DNA of 64,000 nucleotides from Octopus sinensis (lineage: Eukaryota): NCBI RefSeq assembly GCF_006345805.1, contig NW_021833102.1, forward strand, positions 1-64,000. Reading direction: 5' to 3'. A program made the position numbers and the translations under genes. The notes beneath the pieces were generated by a model. It made no database searches. It had not been told where the DNA came from and saw only the letters and a list, made by a program, of their open reading frames with translations. Shown here one piece after another: positions 14,501-27,920 of this stretch. Each line of letters starts with the position of its first letter. Positions within the stretch are counted from its first letter, which is position 1.

Positions 14501-17500
14501 AGACCCTGAATTACCTGCCCGTGAATGACATGCCCCTGAATTACCTTTCCTCTGAAATACCTGCCCCTGAATTACATGCCCATGAATGACATTCCTCTAA
14601 ATCACCTGCACCTGAACTACCTGCCTCTGGTTTACCTGCCCCTGAATTACATGCCGCTCAATTACCTGCACCTCAATTACATGCCCCTTAATTACATGCC
14701 CCTGAATTACCTGCACCTGAATTACCTGCACCTGAATTACATAAACCTGAATTACATGCCCCTCAATTACCTGCCACTGAATTACCTTGCTCTAAATTAC
14801 ATGCCCCTTAATTACTTAACCCTGGATTACCTGCCCCTGAATTAGGTGCCCCTGAATTACATACCCCCTAAGTACCTGCCCCTAAATTACATGCATCTGA
14901 ATTGCCTGCCCCTGAATTACAAACACCTGAATTACCTGCCTCTTAATTACATGCACCTGAATGACCTGCCCCTGAATGACATGCCTCTGAATTATTTATC
15001 CCTAAATTACCTGCCCGTGGTTGACATGCCCCTGAATTACCTTTCATCTGAATTACATGCCCCTGAATTACATACCCCTGAATTACATGCCCCTGAATTA
15101 CATGCCCCTGAATTACCTGCCCATGAATGACATTCCTATAAATTACCTTCCCCTGAATTACATTCCTCTCAATACCTGCCCCTGAATTACCTGCCAATGA
15201 ATGACATTACTCTAAATCACCTGCACCTGGATTACCTTACCCTCAATTACCCGCCCATGAATTACATGCCCGAATTACATGCCCCTGAATTACCTTCCCT
15301 GAATGACATGTCCCTGAATTACATACCCCTGAATTACCTGCCCATGAATTACATGCCCCTGAATTACCAGCCCCTGAATTACCTTCCCTGAATGACATGT
15401 CCCTGAATTACATACCCCTGAATTACCTGCCAATGAATTACATGCACCTGAATTACATGCACCCGAATTACATACACCTGAATTACCTGCCCCTGAACTA
15501 TCTGCCCCTGAGTTACCTGCCCCTCAATTACCTGCCCAAGAATTACATACACCTGAATTACATGCCCGTGAATTACCTGCCCCTCAATTACGTGCCCCTG
15601 AATTACATACCCCCTAAGTACCTGCCCCTAAATTACATGCATCTGAATTGCCTGCCCCTGAATTGCAAACACCTGAATTACCTGCCTCTTAATTACATGC
15701 CCCTGAATGACATGCCTCTGAATTACATGCCCCTGAATTACCTGCCCATGAACGACATTCCTATAAATTACCTGTCCCTTAATTACCTTCCCCTGAATTA
15801 CATGCCACTGAATTACATTCCTCTGAATACCTGCCCCTGAATTGCCTGCCAATGAATGACATTACTCTAAATCACCTGCACCTGGATTACCTTCCCCTCA
15901 ATTACCCACCCATGAATTACATGCCCGAATTACATGCCCCTGAATTACCAGCCCCTGAATTACCTTCCCTGAATGACATGTCCCTGAATTACATACCCCT
16001 GAATTACCTGCCCATGAATTACATGCACCTGAATTACATGCACCTGAATTACCTGCCCCTGAACGATCTGCCCCTGAGTTACCTGCCCAAGAATTACATA
16101 CACCTGAATTACATGCCCGTGAATTACCTGCCCCTAAATTACATGCCCTTCAATTACCTGCCCATGAATTACATGCCCCTGAACTACCTGCCCCTTAATT
16201 ACATGACCCTGGATTACCTGCCCCTGAATTACCTTCCCCTGAATAACATACATCTGAATTACCTGCCCCTGAATTACATACCCCTGAAGTACTTGCCCCT
16301 AAATTACATGCATCTGAATTACCTGCCGCTGAATTGCAAACATCTGAATTACATGGCCCTCAATTAGATGCCTCTTAATTACAAGCACCTGAATGACCTG
16401 CCCTTGAATTACCTGCACCTAGATTACCTGCCCCTGAATAACATTTTCTCTGAATTACAAGCCACTGAATTACTACCCCTGAATTACCTGCCCATGAATG
16501 ACATTCCTCTAAATTACCTGTCCCTGAATTACCTGCCCCTGGATTACCTTCCCCTGGATTACCTAACCCTGAATTACCTGCCCCTGAATGACAATCCTCT
16601 AAATTACCTTCCCTGAATTACCCCTGAATTACATGCCCCTGAATTAGCTGCCCCTTAATTACCTACCCCTGAATTACATGCACCTCAATTACATACACCT
16701 GAATTACATGCCCCTTAATTACCTGCACCTCAATTACATGCCCCTGAATTACCTGCACCTCAATTACATACCCCTGAATTAACTGCACCTGAACTACATG
16801 CCCCTCAATTACCTGCCACTGAATTACCTTGCTCTGAATTACATACCCCTTAATTACTTAACCCTGGATTACCTGCCCCTGAATAACCTACACCTGAATA
16901 ACCTGACCCTCAATTACCTTCCCCTGAATTACATGGCCCTGAATTACCTGCCCCTTAATTACATGCACCTGAATGACCTGCCCCTGAATGACATGCCTCT
17001 GAATTATCTATCCCTAAATTACCAGCCCCTGAATTACCTGCCCCTGAATTACATGTTCCTGAATAACCTGCCCATGAAGGACATTCCTCTAAATTACCTG
17101 TCCCTGAATTACCCCTGAATTACATGCCCCTGGATTACCTAACCCTGAATTACCTGCCCCTGAATGACAATCCTCTAAATTACCTTCCCTGAATTACCCC
17201 TGAATTACATTCCTCTGAATTACCCACCCATGAATTACATGCCCCTGAATTACATGCCCCTCAATTACATGCCTCTTAATTACATGCACCTCAATGACCT
17301 GCCTCTGAATTATCTATCCCTAAATTACCTGCCCGTGAATGACATGCCCCTGAAATACCTGCCCCTGAATTACCTGCCCATGAATGACATTCCTATAAAT
17401 TACCTGCCCCTGAATTACCTTTCATCTGAATTACATGCCCCTGAATTACCTGCCAATGAATGACATTCCTCTAAATCACCTGCACCTGGATTACCTTCCC

Positions 17501-18633
17501 CTCAATTACATGCCCCTGAATTACATGCCCCTGAATTATCTGCCCCTGAGTCCCTGAATAACCTGCACCTGAATTACCTGCCCCTGAATTACATACACCT
17601 GAATTACATGCTCGTGAATTACCTGCCCCTAAATTACATGCCAATGAATAACCTGCCAATGAATCACATACACCTGAATTACATGCCCGTGAATTACCTG
17701 CCCCTAAATTACATGCCCCTGAATGACATGCCCCTCAATTACCTGCCCCTGAACTACCTGCCCTTTAATTACATGCCCCTGAATTACCTGCCGCTGAATA
17801 ACATACACCTGAATTACCTGCCCTGAATTACATACCCCTGAAGTACCTGCCCCTAAATTACATGCATCTGAATTACCTGCCCCTGAATTGCAAACACCTG
17901 AATTACATGGCCCTCAATTACATGCCTCTTAATTACATGCACCTGAATGACATGCCTCTGAATTATCTATCCCTAAATTACCTGCACCTAGATTACCTGC
18001 CCCTGGATTACCTTTCATCTGAATTAATTGCCCCTGAATTACATACCCTGGATTACCTAACCCTGAATTACCAGCCCATGAATGACATTCCTTTAAATTA
18101 CCTGTCCCTGAATTACCCCTGAATTACCTGCCCCTGGATTACCTTCCCCTAAATTACATGCCTCTGAATTACATACACCTGAATTATATGCCCCTCAATT
18201 ACCTGCACCTCAATTACATGCCCCTGAATTACATGCACCTGAATTACATTCCCCTGAATTACCTGCACCTGGATTACATAAACCTGAATTACATGCCCCT
18301 CAATTAACTGCCTCTGAATTACCTTGCTCTGAATTACATGCCCCTTAATTACTTAACCCTGGATTACCTGCCCCTGAATAACCTACACCTGAATAACCTG
18401 ACCCTGAATTACATACCCCTCAATTACCTGCCCGTGAATTACATGGCCCTGAATTACATGTCCCTGAATTTCCTGCCCCTTAATTACATGCTCCTGAATT
18501 ACCTGTCCCTGAAATACATGCACCTGGATTACCTGCCCCTGAATTTCCTGCGCCTTGATTACCTGCCTTGAATTACCTTCCCCTGAATTACCTGCCCCTG
18601 AATTACCTGTCCCTGAATTACATGTCCCTGAAT
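2521..18633. repeat. 15-bp satellite array, consensus CCCTGAATTAC(A/C)TGC, ~1070 monomers
   Basis: Continuous 15-bp periodicity over ~16.1 kb. It translates as LNYMP/LNYLP/ELHAP pentapeptides. Confidence 0.98.
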
Positions 18634-18646
18634 GTATGAATATCTA

Positions 18647-19083
18647 TGTATGGACGCATGATGTGTGGACGAGGCTTGTGTGTATGGACGCATGATGTGT
18701 GAACGAGGCTTGTTTGTATGGACGCATGATGTGTGAACGAGGCTTGTTTGTATGGACGCAAGATATGTGAACGAGGCATATTTGTATGGACGCATGATGT
18801 GTGAACGAGGCTTGTTTGTATGAACGCATGATGTGTGAACGAGGCTTGGTTGTTTGGACGCATGATGTGTGAACGAGGCTTGTTTGAATGGACGCATGAT
18901 GTGTGAACGAGGTGTGTATGAGTGGACGCATGATGTGTGAACGTGGCTTGTTTGTATGGACGCATGATGTGTGAAAGAGGCTTGTTTGTATGGACGCATG
19001 ATGTGTGAACGAGGCATGTTTGTATGGACGCATGATGTGTGAACGAGGCATGTTTGTATGGACGCATGATGGGTGAACGAGGC
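18647..19083. repeat. 34-bp minisatellite GTGTGAACGAGGCTTGTTTGTATGGACGCATGAT, ~13 copies
   Basis: The period was counted directly: ATGTGTG occurs at 18661 and 18695. Confidence 0.95.
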
Positions 19084-19169
19084 AGCACTTATTCTTTCTA
19101 AGCCTAGTATTTATTCTAACTTATTCTTTTCTGCCGAGCCGCTGAAATACAGGGAGGAAAACACACCAG

Positions 19170-19485
19170 CATTGTTTGAAAAATCTACTATAGCCCCGAG
19201 CCGACCAAAGCCTTGTGATTGGATTTGGTGGAAGGAAACTGGAAAACTCCAGTCATATATATGTTTATATGTGTGCGTGTGTGTCTTTGTTCCCATACAT
19301 TGCTACACAACGGATGCTAGTCTGTTTACGTCCCCATAACTTAGAGGTTCAGCGAAATAGACTGATAGAATAAGCACTAGGCCTACAATGAATAAGTCCT
19401 GGGGTCGATATGCTCGACTAAAGGTCGTGCTCCAACATGGCCACAGTCAAATGACTGAAACAAGTAAATGAGAGTAAAAGAGTTA
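19170..19485 (+). mobile_element. tRNA-derived SINE, central and 3' part
   Basis: CTATAGCCCCGAGCCGACCAAAGCCTTGTG...GTGCTCCAACATGGCCACAGTCAAATGACTGAAACAAG. The block 19081-19620 is duplicated at ~27997-28510. Confidence 0.8.
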
Positions 19486-19854
19486 AATAACGAGAAATCC
19501 ATGACCTGTTAACTAGGGAGATAGCAGAAAATATCTCCTAGAGTTACTTCTCCCTAACGTCATATAATACGTTTTCCTGTTGTAATATCTGTAAGAAAGT
19601 AATAATGACATAATCAAGTTTCTTTTTTGTTTTATATAGTATATATGCGTATGTGGGGTATATACACGTATATCTTAAGTATATATATATATATATATAT
19701 ATATCTATATATATATATATATATATATATAAATACTGGTGCTGCCGCCTTTAGTCGATCACATCGTCCGCAGCACTTCTTTGTAAGCCTAGTAAATTTT
19801 ATTCTCTTTTGCCGAACCGCTAAAATACAGGGAGTAAACAGCTACATCGTTCGA

Positions 19855-20070
19855 AGGTAATGACCAAACTGTCTACTTTTATCCACCAGTTCCAACACGA
19901 TTTAACAAAAAGGAGACAAATTGCTTGACTAGATTTCACTGCAAAGCCAGTAACATCTATGAACTTCCCAAAATCTACAAAAGTTAAGCCATAAACAAAA
20001 CCGTAACAAGTTAACTTCTATAGTTTAAATATTTCACACCCGAGATATCCGAATGAGGCCAATTATGGCC
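19855..20070 (+). mobile_element. Penelope-like element RT fragment, copy 1, frameshifted
   Basis: Nucleotide paralog of 22435-22650. Encodes a ...CKASNIYELPKIYK... segment. Confidence 0.7.
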
Positions 20071-22235
20071 AATCCAGGTATGTAGATACGGGAGGCATTG
20101 GGTGCTTAACACTCGCAAAATCTGAAGTCGCTAAAGGTGCAATAAATTGAACTTCTTTCATTTAGAACTTAGGGATCTGCAAATGTGGGTATCTTGGAGA
20201 TGCTTAAAGTGTCTGCTGTAGCTGTAATCGTCGCACAAACAAACGAATAAAAACACAGTCGCTCACACACACGTACACACAAAAATAAAAACATTCACAC
20301 AAACACAGACACTGAAATGAAAATAGCAACACACACACATATAAAAAGTCCCACGCACACAAACACTGAAAAAAAATTCTCACAAAAACACTCACTTACG
20401 CACAAAAAATAAAAATACAGATACATATTCACACACTCAAACACGCGGACAAACACAGAAATGAAAACAGTTACATACCTACACATGCACAAACACAGAC
20501 ACACACAAATACAAATGGAAAATACGGTAACACATCCAAACTCTAACACACTAACATACGCACAAACACACATACACACAAACATAAGCACCCACACACA
20601 GAAATGAAAACACAGTTACACACTCACACATAAACCCTAACCCTAACTAGCACAAACATACAAGTTATTCAGAATGTAAAGGGGCATTGGGTGCTTTGCA
20701 CTCGCAGTTAGAATATCAGCCCCCTCCACGCCAGTATGAGAATTTCTTTTATCCACTGTGAAATTAATACATTGTCGACACATGGGAAAAATATGAGCAA
20801 CATCTGAAGTCACTAAAGGTGCAATAAATTGAACTTATTTTGATTTAGTAGTTAGTGATCTCAAATGTGGGTATCTTAGAAATGGTCAAAGTGCTTGTTG
20901 CATTTGTAAGTGTCGCACACACACAAACAAATAGAAACACTCAGTCGCTCACACACCTCGCGCACACAGAAATAAAAACACTCTCACACACACACAAACA
21001 ACCACTGAAATGAAAATACCCCATACTCACATAAATAAAAACAGTCCCACACACACAAGGAGCCCAATAGGTCTATCAAAAAAGTTTCTAGTATTTTCCT
21101 AGCCCATAATTTATAATAATTGAAGTTCTTACAATAAATAAATACCTACTAAATCAGTACATCGAACATTACTCCCCGTAACCTATCGGTTCTGCAAAAG
21201 AGACCTATACGTTAAGTAATAGGCATACAAAGAATAATTCCTGGGGTTGATTTGCTTGACTAAAGGCGTGCTCCACCATGGTCACAGTGAAATAACTGAA
21301 AGAGTATAAGAGCGACAAAGTGTATATTACGATAACTACATACTTAAGGAGATAACTACAGAGTATCTTCTACAGTTACTTCCCTTGAATATTATATTTA
21401 ACAATAATAAAATATTTTAGGAAATTAACTCTCGGAAGGGAGATAACTAGATAACATCTTCCAGAGTTACTTTCCTTACATATAATTATTTTACTTTATT
21501 AAATTATAATATGCGAGAGAAATAGCTCTAGAATATAATTCAGACGGGACACACACCCTTTAACGCTTTTCTAGAGCAAATCGACACTAGGACTTACTCT
21601 ATGACAGCCTAGAATATTATTTATTGGTCGTCTTTTCCCGAAGTTACTGGAGTGTAAAAAGACCAGCATCGTTGTCAAGCGGTTTTTGGGGACACAGAAA
21701 CTATATATAAATATCTATCTAGTTTATATTTACTGCTGAGAAAACCACGCGAGAGTGGTGGATTTGGAAAAGTAATATCATATAGACTCGAGACAGTTAT
21801 TATCGCCTCGAGCCTATATGCTAGTAGAAGACATTTGCCTAACGTGCCACTCAGTGGGACTGAACTCGGAGTAAATTGTTAGGTAAGCAAGCTAATTCCC
21901 ATTCAGACACTACTGTTTGTTAACCGGACAACTTTAATGTGAGCCCTAATCGTTGATATGCAAATGGTTCATTAATGGGGTCCGGAACTTTCGCGGCTGG
22001 GTCCCATAAGACAACGCAACAATCTTGGGTATGGGTGGACTGTCCTCACACACGCCACACAACACACCCACACGTCAAATAAATATGACCAGCTGATCAT
22101 TTACATTTCACTCACACCCCACAAATATATAAAGTAATAATGTTATCTAGTACTACTCTTCGGACATAATCAAGTTTCATTTTTCTTTTAGATTATATAT
22201 ATATGCATGTGTGGGTATATACATGTATATCTGTA

Positions 22236-22266
<31 letters not shown>

Positions 22267-22434
22267 TATATAAATACTAGAGCGCCGCCTTTAGTCGAGC
22301 ACATCGTCCGCAGCACTTATTCTTTGTAAGCCTAGTATTTATTCTAACTTGTTCTCTTTTGCCGAACCGCTAAAATACAGGGAGTAAAACACACCTGTAT
22401 CGGTTAAAAGCATCAACAACAACAGTCAATCGAA

Positions 22435-22650
22435 GATAATGACCAAACTGTCTACTCTTATCCACCAGTTCCAACACGGTTTAACAAACAAGGAGACAAA
22501 TTGCTTGACTAGATTTCACTGCAAAGCCAGTAACATCTATGGACTTCCCAAAATCTACAAAGTTGAGCCAAAAACAAAACCTGTACAATTAACTTCTATA
22601 GTCATAAATATTCCACACCCGAGAGATCTCCGAATGGGGCCATTATGGCC
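22435..22650 (+). mobile_element. Penelope-like element RT fragment, copy 2
   Basis: ORF 22439 reads LTNKETNCLTRFHCKASNIYGLPKIYK...IPHPRDLRMGP. This resembles the PLE RT N-terminal motif (F/Y)GLPKIHK...DL.(M/F)RPIV. Confidence 0.75.
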
Positions 22651-23750
22651 GATCAAGATATGTATATACGGGGTGCTTAACACTCGCAAATCTGAAAGTC
22701 GCTAAAGGTGCAATAAATTGAACTTCTTTTCATTTAGAAATTAGGGATATACAAATGTGGGTATCTTAGAGATGCTTAAAGTGTTTGTTGTAGCTGTAAT
22801 TGTCGCACACACACAAACAAATAAAACACACAGAGGCTCACACACACTTACACACAGATATAAAATCATTCACACATACACAACACTGAAATGAAAACAG
22901 TTACATACCTACACACGCACAAACACACACACAATATAGCAACGAAAAAGACACAGTTACACATCCAAACTCTCACACACTCACATACGCACAAACACAC
23001 ACAGAAATGAAAACGCAGTAACTTATCGGTTCTGCAAAAGAGACCTATACATTAAGTAATAGGCTTACAATAATGATTCCTGTGGTTGATTGCTTCACTA
23101 AAGGCGGTGCTCCCACCATGGTCACAGTGAATTAACTGAAAGAGTCTAAGAGCGACCAAGTGTATATTACGATAACTACATACTTAAGGGAAAAAAACGA
23201 CACAGTATCTTCTAACAGTTACTTCCCTTGAATATTATATTTTAAACAATAATAAAATTATATTTTAGGAATTACTCTCGGAAGGGAGATAACTAGATAA
23301 CATCTTCCAGAGTTACTTCCCGTAAATGTAATTTAATTACTTTCGTTAAATTATAATATGCGAGGGAAGTAACTCTCAATTATATTATTCAGATATGACA
23401 CACTTTTACGATTTTTTGGAGTTTAACTGCTCTCTCTAGTGAGTCGGATGTCCCATTATGGCCATCCATATATATACATATATATATATGTATATATATA
23501 CATATCTCCTAAACATATATATATGTATATATATATATATATATATATCCTAAACAAACACTGAAAAAAACTACTCAGACACACACACTCACATACGCAC
23601 AAACACAAACACACAAATGAAAATACAGATACATATTCACACTCAAACACGCGGTCAAACACAGAAATTAGAACAGTTACATACGTACACATGCACAAAC
23701 ACACAGACACACACAAATAGAAATGAAAAATACAGTTACACACTCACTAA

Positions 23751-23863
23751 CCCTGAATTACATGCCCCTGAATTACATGCCCCTGAAGTACCTGCTCCTC
23801 AATTACATGCCCCTGAATTACGTGCCCCTGAATTACCTGTCCCTGAATTAAAAGCCCCTGAAT
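23751..23863. repeat. Short block of the 15-bp satellite, ~7.5 copies
   Basis: CCCTGAATTACATGC repeats identical in type to 2521-18633. Confidence 0.95.
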
Positions 23864-23876
23864 GTATGAAAATCTA

Positions 23877-25119
23877 GGTATGGACGCATGTGTGAACGAG
23901 GCTTGTGTGTATGAACGCATGATGTGTGAACGAAGCTTGTTTGTATGGACGAATGATGTGTGAACGAAGCTTGTATGTATGGACGAATGTGTGAACGAGG
24001 CTTGTTTGTATGGACGCATGATGTGAACGAGGCATATTTGTATGGACGAATGATGTTTCAAAAAGGCTTGTTTGTATGGACGCATGATGTGTGAACGAGG
24101 CTTGTTTGTATTGACGCATGATGTGTGAACGAGGCTTGTTTGTATAGACGCATGATGTGTGAACGAGGCTTGTTTGTATGGAAGCATGATGTGTGAACGA
24201 GGCTTTTTTGTATGGACGCATGACGTGTAAACGAGGCTTGTTTGTATGGACGCATGACGTGTGAACGAGGCTTGTTTGAATGGACGCATGACGGGTGAAC
24301 GAGGCTTGTTTGTATGGACGCATGACGGGTGAACGATGCTTCTTTGTATGGACGCATGACGGGTGAACGAGGATTGTTTGTATGGACGCATGACGGGTGA
24401 ACGAGGCTTGTTTGTATGGACGCATGACGGGTGAACGAGGCTTGTTTGTATGGACGCATGATGTGTTAACGAGGCTTGTTTGTATGGATGCATGTGTGAA
24501 CGAGGCTCGTTTGTATAGACGCATGACGTGTGAACGAGGCTTGTTTGTATGGACGCATGATGTGTGAACGAGGCTTGTTTGTATGGACGCATGACGATGA
24601 ACGAGAACTTGTTTTTGTATGGACGCATGACGGGTGAACGAGGATTGTTTGTATGGACGCATGACGGGTGAACGAGGCTTGTTTGTATGGACGCATGACG
24701 GGTGAACGAGGCTTGTTTGTATGGACGCATGACGAGTGAACGAGGATTGTTTATATGGACGCATGACGGGTGAACGAGGCTTGTTTGTATGGACGCATGA
24801 CGGGGTGAACGAGGCTTGTTTGTATGGACGCATGACGGGTGGACGAGGCTTGTTTGTATAGACGCATGACGGTGAACGAGGCTTGTTTGTATGGACGCAT
24901 GACGGGTGAACGAGGCTTGTTTGTGTGGAACGCATGATTGTGAACGAGGCGTGTATGTATGGACGCATGATGTGTGAACGAGGCCTTGTTTGAGGACGCA
25001 TGATGGGTAACCGAGGCTTTGTTGTGTGGACGCATGACGAGTGAACGAGGCTTGTTTGTATGGACGCATGATGTGTGAACGAGGCTTGTTTCCATGGACG
25101 CATGATGTGTGAACGAGGC
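23877..25119. repeat. 34-bp minisatellite (GAACGAGGCTTGTTTGTATGGACGCATG family), ~36 copies
   Basis: Same unit as 18647-19083, with a GACGGGTG variant block in the middle. Confidence 0.95.
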
Positions 25120-25184
25120 TAACCCCAACCCTAACCCCGACCCTGAAACTAACCCTAACCCTAACCCAACCCAACCAACCCCAA
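25119..25184 (+). repeat. Degenerate interstitial telomeric repeat tract (CCCTAA)n
   Basis: Perfect CTAACC at 25119, 25131, 25149, 25155 and 25161, in 6-bp phase with the variants CCAACC, CCGACC and CTGAAA. Confidence 0.75.
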
Positions 25185-25283
25185 TCGTAATGTAATTACA
25201 TGTAAGGGAAGTAACTGTGGAAAATCTTGTACCTATTTCCCTTTCTAGAGTCACTTCCTAGAATATATAATTAATACATAATA

Positions 25284-25620
25284 GGCGCAGCAGTGGTAAG
25301 TAGCTTGCTAACCAACCACATAGTTCCGGGTTCAGTCCAATTGCGTGGCATCTTGGGCAAGTGTCTTCTGCTATAGCCCCGGGCAGACCAATGCCTTGTT
25401 AGTGGATTTGGTAGACGGAAACTGAAGGAAGCCTGTCGTATGTATATGTATATGTGTGTGTGTTTGTCCCCCTAGCATTGCTTGACAACCGATGCTGGTG
25501 TATTTAGGTCCCCGTCACTTAGCGGTTCGACAAAAAGAGACCGATAGAATAAGTACTAAAAGGTGGTGCTCCAGCATGGCCGCAGTTAAATGACTGAAAC
25601 AAGTATAAGAGTAAAAGTAA
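25284..25620 (+). mobile_element. Near full-length tRNA-derived SINE (octopus OR-type by recollection)
   Basis: tRNA-like head GTGGTAAGTAGCTTGCT...CCGGGTTCAGTCC, internal (TA)/(TG) stretch, and tail GGTGCTCCAGCATGGCCGCAGTTAAATGACTGAAACAAG. Confidence 0.85.
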
Positions 25621-26219
25621 TTTAATTAGATATAAGGGAACTCGGGAAGATTTTAGAGTTATCTTCCTTCGTAGAGTTACTTACGTTATAAGTTAATAAT
25701 AATATAGAAGGGGAGTAACTCTAGAAAGGGAGATAACTAAAAAATCTTTCAGAGTCACCTCCCTTACATCTAATTAAATAACTATTATGTATTATTAAAT
25801 TGTAAAGTTCAATGGGGGTAACTCTACAAAGGGGGATAACTTTAAAAATCTTCAAAAGTTACCTCCCTTATATTTAAATACATGACTATTATCAAAATGT
25901 ATTATGGAAGCTAATTAACTCTACAATATAAAGTTCAGATGTACCGCATACACTTTTACTCTTTTCCTTGTTTAGTCATTTCACTGTGCCACTGCTAGAG
26001 CACAGCCTTTCCTAGAGCAAATCGACACTAGGACTTTTATCTACGTCAGTCTAGTATTTATTCTGTTGGTCTTCTTTTCCCGAACGGATAAGTTAATGGA
26101 GTGTAAAAAACACCGGCATTGGTTGTCAAGCGGTTTTGGGGACACCGAAACATACACACATATACATATATATAAATATCTATATGTATATACATGTTTC
26201 TCTATATATATATATATAT

Positions 26220-27920
26220 TGCAGAAACAATACTGCTGTCTTTAGTGTTCCTACTGATATTGACGTAAGAGAAGCGAAGGAAGTTGACTCCCAACACAAA
26301 ATTGCAGACATAACCTTCACTCCCACTGACATCGTAGCAGCAATAAATGAGGTCAAATACTACTCTGCTGTAGGCCCTGATAGGATTCCCCGTTAGTCTC
26401 CTGAAGGAATGTAAACACCAACTTGCAGTCCGCCTGACCAACCTCTGGAGAAATTCGTTAGATGCAGGTTATATACCAAAAGTTTCTATCCCAGTCAGTC
26501 ATCCCGGTTGTCAAACAGGGAAACAGATCCCTCGCACTCAACTATCGCCCAATCTCACTCACCTCCCACATCATCAAAGTGTTTGAAAGAGTGTTAAGAT
26601 CAAGGATGGCTGACTTCCTGGAGACCCACAAACTCCTAAATGCAAAACAGCATGGCTTTCGCTGTGGCAGGGACTGTCTAACACAGCTCTTACACCACAT
26701 TGAAGTTCTACACTGGATCAAGTATTTCCTGGCGAATACAACACAACACGTTGTAGTTGATGGAGTCCACTCAAGCCCAGAGAAAGTCACCACCAGCGGT
26801 GACCCCCAGGGGACTGTCTTGGGTCCGCTACTCTTCATAATCTACATAAACGACCTTTCCAGTGTCGTACATTACTGCAAATTGAAAATATTTGCTGATG
26901 ACACCAAGCTCCAGTAAATCGTCAATGAAGAAGCAGACCGAACTCAACTCCAGTCTGATCTATATGCTGTGAGTCAATGGGCAAACAGAAACAAAATACA
27001 ACTGAACGAGGGAAAATTTGAGCTGATGCATTTTGAAAGAAACTCCTCACTAAAACAGCCATACTCTCTTCCTTCAGGGGAACCGCTCACAGCCTCTAAC
27101 AATATCAGAGAACTGGGTGTAATTGTTGATGACCATCACAGTTGGAGTGCACACATCAACAAGAAGGTCGATATAGCTCGTAGGATGAGTTCCTGGATCT
27201 TAAGAACTTTCCGGTCCAGAGAACAAGGTGTCATCATACCACTTTTTTCCTCCTTTGTACGGCCACACCTTGAATACTGCTGCCCACTGTGGTCTCCTCA
27301 AACAAGACTAAACATCTCCAGAATTGAGTCACCCCAGAGGGCACTCACTAAACGAATTGAAGGCATGGCTGCTCTCGATTATTGGGATTGCCTTAAAGCC
27401 TTGAAACTTTACTCCCTCCAGCGTGAGCGGTACATCATTTGTACGATGTGGAAATATACCGCCAACTATGCCCAAACGACCTAAAATTAGCTTCAAGGTT
27501 CATCCAAGACTTGGACCACGGGCTATACGTCCCCCTGCCCAATTCAAGATCACAACATACATGTACACTGCAACATATTTCTTTTCCTCAACAGGCCCTG
27601 CCCTATTTAAACATTGTCCCGAGAGAGATCAAGGGAAAGGATCCCATCAACTTTAACAGAGTCGGATAGATTTCTTCAAAGAATACCAGATAGCCACCCA
27701 TAATTGGATACAAGTCACCCAACGAACTCACTACTTGAACAAACTGGATACACTCACCCAACAAGAACTCACTACTTGAACAAAACTGGATACAACTCAC
27801 CCAACAAGAACTCACTACTTGAACAAAACTGACTTAAACAGGATTCGAATAATCCTATCAGGTGTGGCTATTAAGTTAGACATGGCCTGGACCAATCTTT
27901 GGTCGAAACATATCTAAGTT
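26220..27920 (+). mobile_element. 5'-truncated CR1-group LINE, disabled, inserted in a (TA)n tract
   Basis: Frames give AAINEVKYYSAVGPDRIP, NYRPISLTSHIIKVFER, GDPQGTVLGPLLF, IFADDTKL and RPHLEYCCPLWSP. It has stops and frameshifts, and TA runs on both sides. Confidence 0.92.
27715..27832 (+). repeat. Three tandem ~40-bp repeats at the LINE 3' end
   Basis: TCACCCAAC(AA)GAACTCACTACTTGAACAAA starts at 27715, 27754 and 27797. Confidence 0.9.

Noticed and set aside
2523-18571. Dozens of LNYMP/ELHAP/VIQG repeat ORFs that might suggest a repetitive structural protein
   Set aside because: They are translations of a 15-bp satellite. Frames break every few hundred bases by stops and 1-bp indels, and there is no unique N- or C-terminal domain.
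23747-25174. 475-aa and 409-aa minus-strand ORFs
   Set aside because: The 34-bp unit lacks stops on that strand, so all three frames are open and give the same rotating peptide. The apparent N-terminus is translated telomeric repeat.
25284-25360. tRNA-like heads here and at 1040, 36086 and 51040
   Set aside because: There is no full cloverleaf and each continues into a SINE body, so they are not tRNA genes.
27885-27912. GACCA-ATCTT-TGGTC-GAAAC at the CR1 3' end, resembling hammerhead helix II plus GAAA
   Set aside because: There is no CUGANGA in the required position and no helix III or NUH site. It is more likely a LINE 3' terminal stem-loop.
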